Part shown: positions 1 through 8,804 of the stretch, piece after piece | How the letters are laid out: each line of letters starts with the position of its first letter | Position numbering within the stretch: position 1 is the first letter of the stretch | Source of the DNA: an uncultured Candidatus Ruthturnera sp. | GTDB taxonomy: Bacteria > Pseudomonadota > Gammaproteobacteria > PS1 > Pseudothioglobaceae | DNA length: 27,700 bases | Reading direction: 5' to 3' | NCBI GenBank assembly: GCA_964556635.1 | Contig: CAZKWW010000001.1 | Location: 1-27,700, forward strand | The notes under the pieces: generated by a model | What the model was told of the DNA's origin: nothing | What the model saw: the letters and a program-made list of their open reading frames with translations, nothing else | Database searches by the model: none | Program-made: the position numbers and the translations under genes

Positions 1-51
1 TTAAGCATACCGCCAGCGTTCAATCTGAGCCAGGATCAAACTCTTCAGTTC
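1..51 (-). rRNA. rrs: 16S rRNA, 5' end (partial; gene continues beyond window start)
   Basis: Reverse complement reads GAACTGAAGAGTTTGATCCTGGCTCAGATTGAACGCTGGCGGTATGCTTAA, the conserved 16S 5' end including the 27F primer site. Confidence 0.97.
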
Positions 52-200
52 AATTCTAACTATTTAGAACATTGGCAACATTTATAAATAAATGCGCTTT
101 GCGTTCAATTTTTTTAAAAGCTGATTTTGCTTTTGTTTTGTCGGAACAACTACAAATAAATGCAATTGTTTCGTGTGCACTGCACAATTTTTATTGTACG

Positions 201-238
201 AGTGCCCACACAAGTTGTTTGATATATTTTTAAAGAGC
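201..238 (-). promoter_or_regulatory. rrn leader antitermination boxA and boxC
   Basis: Minus strand GCTCTTTAAAAA (227-238) then TGTGTGGGCACT (201-212), same order and near-same sequence as the E. coli rrn leader boxA...boxC. Confidence 0.85.
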
Positions 239-285
239 TACCACGATAAAAAACAAAGTTGTTTTCAACGCGGTGAAAGGTGGAA

Positions 286-313
286 ATTATACTTGGATTA
301 ATTTGTGCGTCAA
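286..313 (-). promoter_or_regulatory. rRNA operon sigma70 promoter
   Basis: -35 TTGACG (308-313), 16-bp spacer, -10 TATAAT (286-291), A/T-rich UP-like tract upstream; correctly placed ahead of boxA. Confidence 0.85.
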
Positions 314-356
314 GAACTATTTTGCTTTTTTTACAAATTAATTTGTTGAGTGAAAA

Positions 357-818
357 TCAAGGCTGCAATTTATCTTCAGGCACTGCTCTGTTAAGCCATT
401 CGTCAACTTCGTCAATGTCGACAATATCTCCTTGATTATTAAGCATTTCTAGGTCGTTATCATTCCAACCTTTGATGCCTAATTTGAGTGATCGAACATT
501 CTTAAAACCCATTTGTTGCATTGTTAATGCTGCCAATGCACTACGATTACCTGAACGACAAACTACCACAATATTTTGATCTCTTGCTTGTGCTAATGCT
601 GGAATGGTATCGTCATAGTTCCAAACGCAAGCACCTTCCAATACGCCTCTAGGCACATGGAGAGAGTTTTTAATATGCATCATCTTAAATTCATCTGACT
701 CTCTGATGTCTAATACAATTAGATTAGGGTCTTGCTCTATTTCTGTTTCTAAATCCCACGGCAATATTTCCCCCACTTCCCTTAGTGCTTTAACAACAAG
801 TCTTTGATATCCATCCAT
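357..818 (-). CDS. Single-domain rhodanese (sulfurtransferase)
   Basis: LIVLDIRESDEF, HIKNSLHVP and active-site loop VVVCRSGNRSALAALTMQQMGF..V.SL.LGIKGW. Confidence 0.9.
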   Translation of the reverse strand: MDGYQRLVVKALREVGEILPWDLETEIEQDPNLIVLDIRESDEFKMMHIKNSLHVPRGVLEGACVWNYDDTIPALAQARDQNIVVVCRSGNRSALAALTMQQMGFKNVRSLKLGIKGWNDNDLEMLNNQGDIVDIDEVDEWLNRAVPEDKLQP

Positions 819-824
819 ATTTTT

Positions 825-859
825 AATTGAAAATTGAAAGTTAAAAATTGATAATTATT
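825..859 (+). repeat. Array of five degenerate heptamers (consensus AATTGAN), downstream flank of four-helix-bundle gene
   Basis: AATTGAA AATTGAA AGTTAAA AATTGAT AATTATT read in 7-nt register on the + strand. Confidence 0.75.
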
Positions 860-1214
860 TGTTTATTTTTGAAGATTTTACTATGCTAACTAAAAGCTTT
901 ATAAGCTCCACACTATCATTGTGTATAGAATCAAAACTCTGCTCACTTATATAGTCACTATCTTTAAGTAGTTGAAGCCAGTATTCTGTTTCATTCGCTT
1001 CTTTTAAAGCAATACTCATTTTATTAATAAAATCTGCTTTTGATTGGGCGTGCTCACTCTCTTTAATGAGAGCCCCAATACTTGTGCCACTTCTTAAAAC
1101 CTGCTTAGAAAGCACATATTCCTTTTTCTCAGAAACAAGGTGTTTATATAATTTAACAACTCGTAACGCAAAAATATATGACTTATCCATCACAACGTTG
1201 CTCTTAATTGTCAA
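855..1214 (-). CDS. Four-helix-bundle protein (23S rRNA intervening-sequence protein-like family)
   Basis: KSYIFALRVVKLY...LSKQVLRSGTSIGALIKESEHAQSKADFINKMSIALKEANETEYWLQLL matches the family signature; TTG start preceded by GGAG at 9 nt. Confidence 0.88.
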   Translation of the reverse strand: MTIKSNVVMDKSYIFALRVVKLYKHLVSEKKEYVLSKQVLRSGTSIGALIKESEHAQSKADFINKMSIALKEANETEYWLQLLKDSDYISEQSFDSIHNDSVELIKLLVSIVKSSKINK

Positions 1215-1237
1215 CTATCAATTCTCCATTGTGAATT
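1203..1237 (-). repeat. Array of five degenerate heptamers (consensus AATTGAN), upstream flank of four-helix-bundle gene
   Basis: Minus strand AATTCAC AATGGAG AATTGAT AGTTGAC AATTAAG; opposite orientation to the 825-859 array. Confidence 0.7.
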
Positions 1238-1866
1238 TATCTGCAGTATCCTTTTTCAGTAATCATCACCGCCACTTCAACTCGAGAGCCAAGAGAAAGT
1301 TTTTTCAAAATTGATTTCACATGTAATTTAACCGTGCCATCAGAAATACCCAATTCTCTGGCAATCACTTTGTTGCTGTGGCCATGCGCTACCTGACAAG
1401 CCACTTCTTTTTCTCGATTGGTAAGTGAATCAAAGGTGGCTTCATTATCAGTCAATTCATTTTTAAGCACTTTGGCCAAGACATGTGTCATATCTTGCGC
1501 GACTACGATTGAACCTGTCACAGCTTCATTTAAAGCATTGACTAACTCATCAGGATCCATGTCTTTTAATAGATAGCCTTGCGCACCATGTTTAAGACAA
1601 TCACGCAGATCGTGCTCTTCTGTACTGGTGGTCAACATCACGATTGGAGTTTGCTCGCCTTGCTCCCTTAATGCTTTTAATACCTCGATGCCTGACATGG
1701 TTGGCATACGTAAATCTAATAAAATAATATCAATTAATAAATCGGGTATTTCTTCTAGACCTTGTTCAGGCGAAGCGGCCGCTTTAGCGTTAATTTTTCT
1801 TGATTCTAATAATGAGATTAACCCATTACGAAATAAAGCATGATCATCAATAATATAAATCTTCAC
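1237..1866 (-). CDS. NarL/FixJ-family response regulator (REC + LuxR HTH)
   Basis: IIDDH, phospho-acceptor LLDLRMP, GAQGYLLK, C-terminal LTNREKEV...SNKVIARELGISDGTVKLHVKSILKKL; GTGA overlap with the kinase stop. Confidence 0.93.
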   Translation of the reverse strand: MKIYIIDDHALFRNGLISLLESRKINAKAAASPEQGLEEIPDLLIDIILLDLRMPTMSGIEVLKALREQGEQTPIVMLTTSTEEHDLRDCLKHGAQGYLLKDMDPDELVNALNEAVTGSIVVAQDMTHVLAKVLKNELTDNEATFDSLTNREKEVACQVAHGHSNKVIARELGISDGTVKLHVKSILKKLSLGSRVEVAVMITEKGYCR

Positions 1867-3347
1867 GATAAATCCTTAAATGAAACAATCACGCGAGTAC
1901 CTTCATCAACTTCTGTCTCGACTTCGATATGGGCGCCAATTCTTCCAGCGCGTTCCTTCATAATGTTCATACCAATATTATTCCCCATTACCTCAGTGTC
2001 AAACTGGTCTTTTTTAAAGCCAACACCATCGTCTTCGATTAACAACTGACAATTTGGCTCAGCAGAAAGCAAGATTCTTACATTGCGTGCTTTGGCATGC
2101 TTACGAATATTAGACAACGCTTCTTGGGTGATGCGCATAATTTGCATCTCGGTTTCTGGTGCAAGGTTTAGCTTGCCTTCAACTTGTAAGTAAGTTGCAA
2201 CACCTTCTTCGGTTTCAAATCGATTGGCTAGGTTTTCTAACGAAACTTCAATGCCTTTAGGGTCGAGTGGCACACGGAAATTACACATCAATTCTCGTAA
2301 CTCTTGATTAGCCTGGGTGATATTAGACTGTAAGCTAGCCACTTTTTCGCCTGCATCAACTTTGTCACCTTGTTTAAGCATGTCGTCTAATACAGTTACT
2401 TGTAGCTTTAAGCTATAAATAGTTTGTGCCAAAGAATCGTGAATCTCTTGTGATAGAAACAAGCGCTCTTGTGAAAGTGCCATACGTTTGGTCTCTTCAT
2501 CAAGTCTGGCTTTATCTAGGGCGATGGCAATATTGTCTGCAATTGATTCTAATAGTGCGCGCTCATCAAAAGCCAGGGACGGCTCAGTATCAAAAAATAA
2601 GTTAAAAATGCCCAAAGTCTTTCCGTGGTATCTTAGTGGAATAAAAATTGTACCGACATTGTCTTTTGCTTCAGATTTGTCGCCCACGCACTTGGCACAA
2701 GTATGCACACTAAATTGCACATTCACGTCTTGTGCCATGGCTACTTCGCCACAAAAACAATCACTACTAAGGACATCAGCCACTTGCCCTTTTTTATCAA
2801 TCACACCGCGCTGTGCGACTAAATGCAACTCGCCTTCGTTACTCAAACGACGCGCAACACCAGAATCAGCACTGGTCATGTTCATAAAGATATCTAGAAA
2901 ATGTTCAAATAGCTCCTCAGTAGAGTGCATTGAATTAAGTTTCGATGAAACGCCGTAGAGTGTTTCTAATGACGCCGATTTTTTACTCAATCGCTGAATT
3001 TGCTTTTGCAAAATATCTTCCATGTCATCGTATAAATGTTGATTCTCTTCAATCAAATGATTAATTGCAGTTGCCACTGGTTGAAAGGTGGTTTTTTGTT
3101 CATCATTCAAACGTGCACTTTGGTCAACATTGTAATCGCCAACCCATTTTTGCAAATCGTTAAACGGCAATAAGAAATCTTTACGAATTGCAAGATACAA
3201 ACCCAAATAAACCAGCAAAATTAACAAGACTAGGGCGATATCAAGCCCATTAGGTGACTGATAAACCAAAACCACTTCGCTCACCAACAAAGGCGATAAA
3301 GCAATGGTTACCAATAGGTAAAGATAAAATTTTGTTTTAATGCTCAT
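1863..3347 (-). CDS. NarX-like sensor histidine kinase (2 TM, HAMP-like, GAF, HisKA_3, HATPase)
   Basis: Two N-terminal hydrophobic segments; ERLFLSQEIHDSLAQ H-box; QEALSNIRKHAKA N-box; IEDDGVGF and GMNIMKERA ATPase motifs; GAF with IPLRYHGKTLGIFNL. Confidence 0.9.
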   Translation of the reverse strand: MSIKTKFYLYLLVTIALSPLLVSEVVLVYQSPNGLDIALVLLILLVYLGLYLAIRKDFLLPFNDLQKWVGDYNVDQSARLNDEQKTTFQPVATAINHLIEENQHLYDDMEDILQKQIQRLSKKSASLETLYGVSSKLNSMHSTEELFEHFLDIFMNMTSADSGVARRLSNEGELHLVAQRGVIDKKGQVADVLSSDCFCGEVAMAQDVNVQFSVHTCAKCVGDKSEAKDNVGTIFIPLRYHGKTLGIFNLFFDTEPSLAFDERALLESIADNIAIALDKARLDEETKRMALSQERLFLSQEIHDSLAQTIYSLKLQVTVLDDMLKQGDKVDAGEKVASLQSNITQANQELRELMCNFRVPLDPKGIEVSLENLANRFETEEGVATYLQVEGKLNLAPETEMQIMRITQEALSNIRKHAKARNVRILLSAEPNCQLLIEDDGVGFKKDQFDTEVMGNNIGMNIMKERAGRIGAHIEVETEVDEGTRVIVSFKDLS

Positions 3348-3356
3348 AGATATTGA

Positions 3357-4697
3357 CTATTTACCAATACAAAATGATGAGAAAATTTCGCCCAACAAAT
3401 CATCTGATGAAAACTCACCGGTGATACTACCTAAATATTGGGCCGCTTGGCGCAAATCTTCAGCAACTAACTCACTGGCATTACTATTAAGCTGATCTAG
3501 CGCATGACGAGTTGAGTTTAGGGCAGATTCCAAGGCAATAATATGACGCTTTCTGGCGAGTAGCACACCTTCTCCGGTATCGCTCAATCCGGCAATATCT
3601 GAGAGTTCTTGTCTTAGTAAATCAAGGCCTTGTGATTGTTTGGCTGAAAGTGATAATTGGACCTGGTCATTTTGATGCGTTATGCCAGTGGATTCACCAG
3701 TTAAGTCTACCTTGTTTTTAATTAAGATAATCGGCTTACCCTCAATGCCACTTGGCAAAATTGACAAATCTGGGGCTTTATCTTGCGCATCAAACACCAT
3801 TAAAACCACATCGGCACGTTCAATTTCTAAGTGTGCTCTTTTGATGCCTTCTTGCTCTACTTTGTCTTTACTTATATGTAGGCCAGCCGTATCAATAATA
3901 TTAAGTGGCATGCCGTTAATATGGATCGTTTCTTTTAAAACATCACGCGTAGTGCCGGCGATGTCTGTCACAATCGCACTAGAGACTTGAGTTAACGCAT
4001 TAAGTAAGGACGACTTTCCAGCATTCGGTTTGCCGGCAATAGCGATGGTTAATCCCTCTCTAAGAATAGCGCCTTGTTCAGCAGAGCTCAAGATGCTCTG
4101 AATGTCTTTTTCAATCTGCTCTACTTTGAGTTCAACCTCACCGGAGGCCAAAAAATCAATCTCCTCGTCAGAAAAATCAATGGTGGCTTCAACAAAAACT
4201 CTAAGTTCAATCAGTGCCGTAGTTAATGCGTTTACCTGATCAGAAAATTCACCCGATAAAGATCGTAGTGCTGAACGAGCAGACTGCTCAGAGCTGGCGT
4301 CAATAATATCAGCCACCGCCTCAGCTTGCACCAAATCCATCTTGCCATTCAAAAAAGCACGCTTTGAAAATTCACCTGGTTCGGCAGCGATTGCCCCTAG
4401 CGCCATGGCAGATTCTAGTAAAGATCGCATTACCAAAATACCGCCATGACCCTGTAACTCCAGTACATCCTCACCAGTAAATGAATGCGGCCCAGGGAAA
4501 AATAAAGCCACGCCTTTATCAATCTCAACGCCTTTATGATTAAAAAATGAACCATAATGCGCATAACGTGGTTTTGGAATATGGCCTAACATTTTTTGCG
4601 CAATCTCAATAGAAGCAGGACCTGAAACACGCACTACACCAATACCGCCTTGGCCTAGGGCGCTTGCTAATGCACAGATTGTATTTGTATTACTCAT
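3357..4697 (-). CDS. mnmE: tRNA uridine-5-carboxymethylaminomethyl(34) synthesis GTPase
   Basis: GGIGVVRVSG, SFTGEDVLELQGHGG, GKPNAGKSSLLN, GTTRD, DTAG, NKVD, C-terminal FSSFCIGK. Confidence 0.98.
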   Translation of the reverse strand: MSNTNTICALASALGQGGIGVVRVSGPASIEIAQKMLGHIPKPRYAHYGSFFNHKGVEIDKGVALFFPGPHSFTGEDVLELQGHGGILVMRSLLESAMALGAIAAEPGEFSKRAFLNGKMDLVQAEAVADIIDASSEQSARSALRSLSGEFSDQVNALTTALIELRVFVEATIDFSDEEIDFLASGEVELKVEQIEKDIQSILSSAEQGAILREGLTIAIAGKPNAGKSSLLNALTQVSSAIVTDIAGTTRDVLKETIHINGMPLNIIDTAGLHISKDKVEQEGIKRAHLEIERADVVLMVFDAQDKAPDLSILPSGIEGKPIILIKNKVDLTGESTGITHQNDQVQLSLSAKQSQGLDLLRQELSDIAGLSDTGEGVLLARKRHIIALESALNSTRHALDQLNSNASELVAEDLRQAAQYLGSITGEFSSDDLLGEIFSSFCIGK

Positions 4698-6255
4698 CAG
4701 AAAAATAACGGGCTAAGTAGTCGTCAAAGCTTAAATTATCCGCTTGTTCTATTTCAAGTTGTGCCTCACAAGAGGTTTTAGCTTGTTGATCCAAATAATC
4801 AAAATGATCTGGGTCGACTTTTTTTGCCAAAAAATCTCTTCGATGTTGTTTAGATAGGGTGTTGGTATAGTCAAAAAATCCTTGGTTACGATTTTTCATC
4901 TCATTTAGTGCGACTGCCGAAGGGGTTAAGTCTGCATTATTAATACGTCGTGTCATTTGTTTAACGGCATCTTGATACGCTTCACCCAATAATTCGGCAC
5001 ATAAATAAATTTTATTCATAATGTCTGAGCCCAACTCTTCTAAGGCAATAGCCTGACCTTTATGAATTAAATTTAAACCAGGTTTTCGGCCTTCATGTGC
5101 AATCAACTGATCATTATTATCAATATCAAATTGTTCACGGCTCGAAATCGCGCTCGATGTTTCTAATAGGCAAAACAACATAAAGGCTTCTAAAAAATGA
5201 ATTTGAGTTTGATCAATACCTAGTGGTAAGAATGGATTAATATCGAGTGAGCGTAATTCAATATAACCAATGCCTTGGTCTTGCAATGCATCCAATGGCT
5301 TCTTGCCATCTAATGCCAACGGTTTAGGGCGAACTGAAGCATAATATTCATTTTCAATTTGTAGAATATTGGTGTTTAACTGTTGGTATCCACCTTGTGC
5401 TTTAAGCCCAATATCTTCATATTCACGACATGAAGTTTGCATACCAGATTTAAGACTGTGAATATAGTGACTCAAGGAATTGTAGTTGGCTTTAACACCA
5501 GCCTCATCCTCACGTAAATTTTGATAGCCAATATCACCCATGCGTAGTGATGTGGCATATGGCTCATATAAAGTAGAATCATTAAACTCAACTAACGAAT
5601 GTTGATGGTAACCTTTTAAAAATGACTTACAAACCGAAGGCGATGCACCAAATAAATATGGAATCAACCAACCATAGCGCACCACATTGCGAGTAAGCCC
5701 CATATAGCTTTGATCAGTAAAATCTCGCAAGGTTGCATTGGGTGCTTTTTTAGCTCGATAGGCTTCAAAAAAATCAGCCGAAAATGAATAGTTAAAATGA
5801 ATGCCAGCTATGGTTTGCATCACACTACCATAACGATTGGCTAGGCCTTTTCTATAAATCGTTTTCATCATGCCGCGGTTGCTTGAACCGTACTGAGCAA
5901 TAGGGATGTAAGTTTCACCACGAATCACACAAGGCATAGAAGCAGGCCAAAAACCCTGATCTTTTGGCAAGTGATGGTATAAGTATTGCTGAGTTTTTGA
6001 TAAAAATGACAACACTGATTCAGCACTACGCAATGGCGGGGTGACTAACTCAATCAACGATTCAGAAAAATCAGTAGTAATATTAGGGTGCGTTAGCGCA
6101 CAGCCAAACGTCTTTGGATGGGGCGCCTGGGAAATGCCGCCCTTTCTAGAAACCCTTAAACCCTCCTTTTCAATACCCATCAAATTATCTTTGAGTAAGA
6201 TGGCGTGTGGTTTTAATATTTGAATTTTATCCGCTAAGTTCAAATGCTTGCTCAA
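4690..6255 (-). CDS. gshA: Glutamate--cysteine ligase
   Basis: GIEKEGLRV, ITTDFSESLIELVTPP, IAGIHFNYS, ENEYYASVRPK, YIELRSLDINPF; TTG start is approximate. Confidence 0.95.
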   Translation of the reverse strand: MSKHLNLADKIQILKPHAILLKDNLMGIEKEGLRVSRKGGISQAPHPKTFGCALTHPNITTDFSESLIELVTPPLRSAESVLSFLSKTQQYLYHHLPKDQGFWPASMPCVIRGETYIPIAQYGSSNRGMMKTIYRKGLANRYGSVMQTIAGIHFNYSFSADFFEAYRAKKAPNATLRDFTDQSYMGLTRNVVRYGWLIPYLFGASPSVCKSFLKGYHQHSLVEFNDSTLYEPYATSLRMGDIGYQNLREDEAGVKANYNSLSHYIHSLKSGMQTSCREYEDIGLKAQGGYQQLNTNILQIENEYYASVRPKPLALDGKKPLDALQDQGIGYIELRSLDINPFLPLGIDQTQIHFLEAFMLFCLLETSSAISSREQFDIDNNDQLIAHEGRKPGLNLIHKGQAIALEELGSDIMNKIYLCAELLGEAYQDAVKQMTRRINNADLTPSAVALNEMKNRNQGFFDYTNTLSKQHRRDFLAKKVDPDHFDYLDQQAKTSCEAQLEIEQADNLSFDDYLARYFSDE

Positions 6256-6292
6256 TGCTAAAATGCTATCATTTTACCATTAGGTCGTTAGA

Positions 6293-7216
6293 ATGAAGAT
6301 AATCAAGGCAGTTGTTGGTGTTTTACGCAATGACTCTGAGCAAATACTCATTGCCAAAAGGCAAGATCATCAATTCATGGCTGGATTTTGGGAGTTGCCC
6401 GGCGGCAAGACCGAAGGCGACGAAAATACCAAACAAACCCTTATTAGAGAACTTGGTGAAGAATTAGGCATTAAGGTTAATGACCTAAGCTTACATCAAA
6501 CAATGCAACACACTTACACTGATAGAGTAGTTGAATTAACGATTTATAATATTGATGAATATCAAAATACACCAACTGGCATGGAAGGACAGCAAATTGC
6601 CTGGTCGTCTATACAAAACTTATGCAATTACCAACTATTACCCACTATGAAAGCTTTTATTGACTCAGTCACTCTACCAAACAAATACTGGATTACCCCT
6701 TCAAGTAACCACCAAAGTAATGACTGGATGGAGAAATTTGACAAAAAAATGACACAAGACATTAGTCTCATTCAACTTAGAAGTAAAGTTGAACTAGATA
6801 GCGACTTTATTGCAGAACTTCACAACAAATGCAAACAAAATAACGTCAAGTTATTGCTAAATACACCCAACAAAAGCTTTAATGAAACCTATTGTGATGG
6901 CTGGCATATTACCACGGGCGAGATGTTAAAACTTAATAAAAGACCTTGTGATGAAAGTAAGCTACTCGGTGCCTCTACTCATAATCTCAATGAAGCGCTC
7001 AAAGCACAAGCAATAGGTGCGGATTTTATTGTTATCTCACCCGTGCAAGCCACACAAACACATCCTGATACCGTTCCAATCGGTTGGGGTGCTGCACAAG
7101 AAGTCGTGAATAAACTTAACATCCCTGTGTATTTTTTAGGCGGTATGGGCTTAGAGGATCTAGATAAAACACTTAAGATTGGCGCTCAAGGTATTGCGGG
7201 CGTTAGTGCGTTCTAA
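6293..7216 (+). CDS. MutT-like Nudix hydrolase fused to a thiamine-phosphate-synthase-like domain
   Basis: Nudix box GKTEGDENTKQTLIRELGEELGI after WELPG; C-terminal TIM-barrel motifs IQLR, GASTHNLNEA, DFIVISPV..T.THP, VYFLGG, GIAGVS. Confidence 0.88.
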   Translation: MKIIKAVVGVLRNDSEQILIAKRQDHQFMAGFWELPGGKTEGDENTKQTLIRELGEELGIKVNDLSLHQTMQHTYTDRVVELTIYNIDEYQNTPTGMEGQQIAWSSIQNLCNYQLLPTMKAFIDSVTLPNKYWITPSSNHQSNDWMEKFDKKMTQDISLIQLRSKVELDSDFIAELHNKCKQNNVKLLLNTPNKSFNETYCDGWHITTGEMLKLNKRPCDESKLLGASTHNLNEALKAQAIGADFIVISPVQATQTHPDTVPIGWGAAQEVVNKLNIPVYFLGGMGLEDLDKTLKIGAQGIAGVSAF

Positions 7217-7917
7217 TTAAATTTAGATTCTGCTCTAGCCAGCGTCATCACGTCGCAATATTTCACCTCTGTATTTTTTAATATGGTTGAGGCCAACTCA
7301 TTCAAACTCGAGCCTGTGGTCATCACATCATCAACCAATAAAACTCTGCTATACGACATTGGCTTAACGCTAAACGCGCCTTTGATTTCCTGTCTACGCT
7401 GTTCAGGGTTTAGCGCTGATAAGGGTTGCGTGGCTTTAGTTCGATCAACACTATGTGCATCGATTGTTGTGTCGGTTTTTTTACTGATTACATTTAGCAA
7501 TTCTAATACTTGGTTATAGCCGCGCTCCGTTATTCGATTGCGACTAAGTGGCATGGGAATAATCGCATCATATTGAATATCTTCACTAATAATAGACTGG
7601 TACAAATCAAACAATTGATGTGAAAAATAATCACCAATACATAGCTGATGGTCAAACTTAAAAGCCTTGATTAAATCGGCAATTGCTTCTTGATAATCAT
7701 ACAAAGTATAAGCGCGATTAAACGCTGGCGCGTGTGCCAAACATTGCCCACAAAAATCTAACTCTCCTATGATGGGGTGCGCACAAGACAGGCATCTTGG
7801 CTGATGATTACTAAAGCTAGATTCACACTCGTGACAAACACAAAACTTTGCGTTTTCTGCGCAAAGCACACAAGATTGCTTAGGAGTAAGTGCGTTTAAT
7901 CGCGAGTAAAAACCCAT
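7213..7917 (-). CDS. comF: ComF-family protein (double zinc ribbon + phosphoribosyltransferase)
   Basis: CVLC, CHEC, CLSC, CGQC pairs; IIPMPLSRNR..ERGYNQ; LLVDDVMTTGSSL. Confidence 0.88.
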   Translation of the reverse strand: MGFYSRLNALTPKQSCVLCAENAKFCVCHECESSFSNHQPRCLSCAHPIIGELDFCGQCLAHAPAFNRAYTLYDYQEAIADLIKAFKFDHQLCIGDYFSHQLFDLYQSIISEDIQYDAIIPMPLSRNRITERGYNQVLELLNVISKKTDTTIDAHSVDRTKATQPLSALNPEQRRQEIKGAFSVKPMSYSRVLLVDDVMTTGSSLNELASTILKNTEVKYCDVMTLARAESKFN

Positions 7918-8648
7918 GTTGATTCGTCAGACATCTCTTGCCTAAATTGATAACCTTCAATATTAAAACCTTTAAGTGATTCTGGCTCGGTCAACCGATT
8001 TTTAACCAGATAATTAACCATCAAACCACGAGCACGCTTTGCATAAATACCAATGATTTTATAAGTGTCATTTTTAAGCTCTTTGAAAGCGATATTAATG
8101 ATTTTAGCGTTGAGTGATTTTTTATCAATGCCTTTAAAATACTCGTTAGATGCTAGGTTAATAATTACCTCAGGCTCATCTTCATTCAATACGTTTGAAA
8201 TTTGATCACCCCAAAACTCATACAAGTTTTTGCCTTGGCTGTTCTCTAGCTTAGTGCCCATTTCTAGGCGGTAAGGCTGTATTAAATCCAGCGGCCTAAT
8301 AACGCCATACAAACCAGACAACATGCGCAAATGATCTTGTGCAAACTCTAAATCATCAAGCGATAAACTTGGCGCATCAATACCATTGTAAACATCGCCT
8401 TTAAAGGCTAGTAACGCCTGTTTAGCATTGCTCAGTGTAAATGGTGTGCTAAAGGCTTGAAATCGATCAAAATTTAACTTGGATAATTTGTCGCTAATTG
8501 ACATTAAGCTTGCAATTTCATCTTGGGTTTTATCTTTGAGTAAATCAACCAACACTTGTGATTGCTCAATTTGGCGCGTTTGTGTAAATATACCAATCTG
8601 TGTCGGCTCAAAATCTTGTGTTTTAGACGGGGAAATAACAGCTAGCAT
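7896..8648 (-). CDS. yaaA: Peroxide stress protein YaaA (DUF328)
   Basis: MLAVISPSKT, AFKGDVY, LSGLYGVIRPLDLIQPYRLEMGTKL, INLASNEY, AKRARGLM. Confidence 0.93.
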   Translation of the reverse strand: MLAVISPSKTQDFEPTQIGIFTQTRQIEQSQVLVDLLKDKTQDEIASLMSISDKLSKLNFDRFQAFSTPFTLSNAKQALLAFKGDVYNGIDAPSLSLDDLEFAQDHLRMLSGLYGVIRPLDLIQPYRLEMGTKLENSQGKNLYEFWGDQISNVLNEDEPEVIINLASNEYFKGIDKKSLNAKIINIAFKELKNDTYKIIGIYAKRARGLMVNYLVKNRLTEPESLKGFNIEGYQFRQEMSDESTWVFTRD

Positions 8649-8804
8649 CGATCTGGATAATAAGGTTAAAAAAATAAAAAATATTCTACCCGAAAAATAT
8701 CGCTAAAAACACCACTAACGCCACGTATTTGAGGCTCAGTCATACAATGTTTTACGTTATAATTAGTGGATTTTTTTCGAATATTATTATCAAGCAATAC
8801 CCAC

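Noticed and set aside
855-1214. Four-helix-bundle gene as the avd of a diversity-generating retroelement
   Set aside because: No reverse transcriptase and no TR/VR repeat pair in the window.
8766-8804. 13-codon N-terminal extension of gltB from GTG 8766
   Set aside because: GTG is only 2 nt after the TATAAT at 8758-8763, upstream of the likely start site; ATG 8805 fits better.
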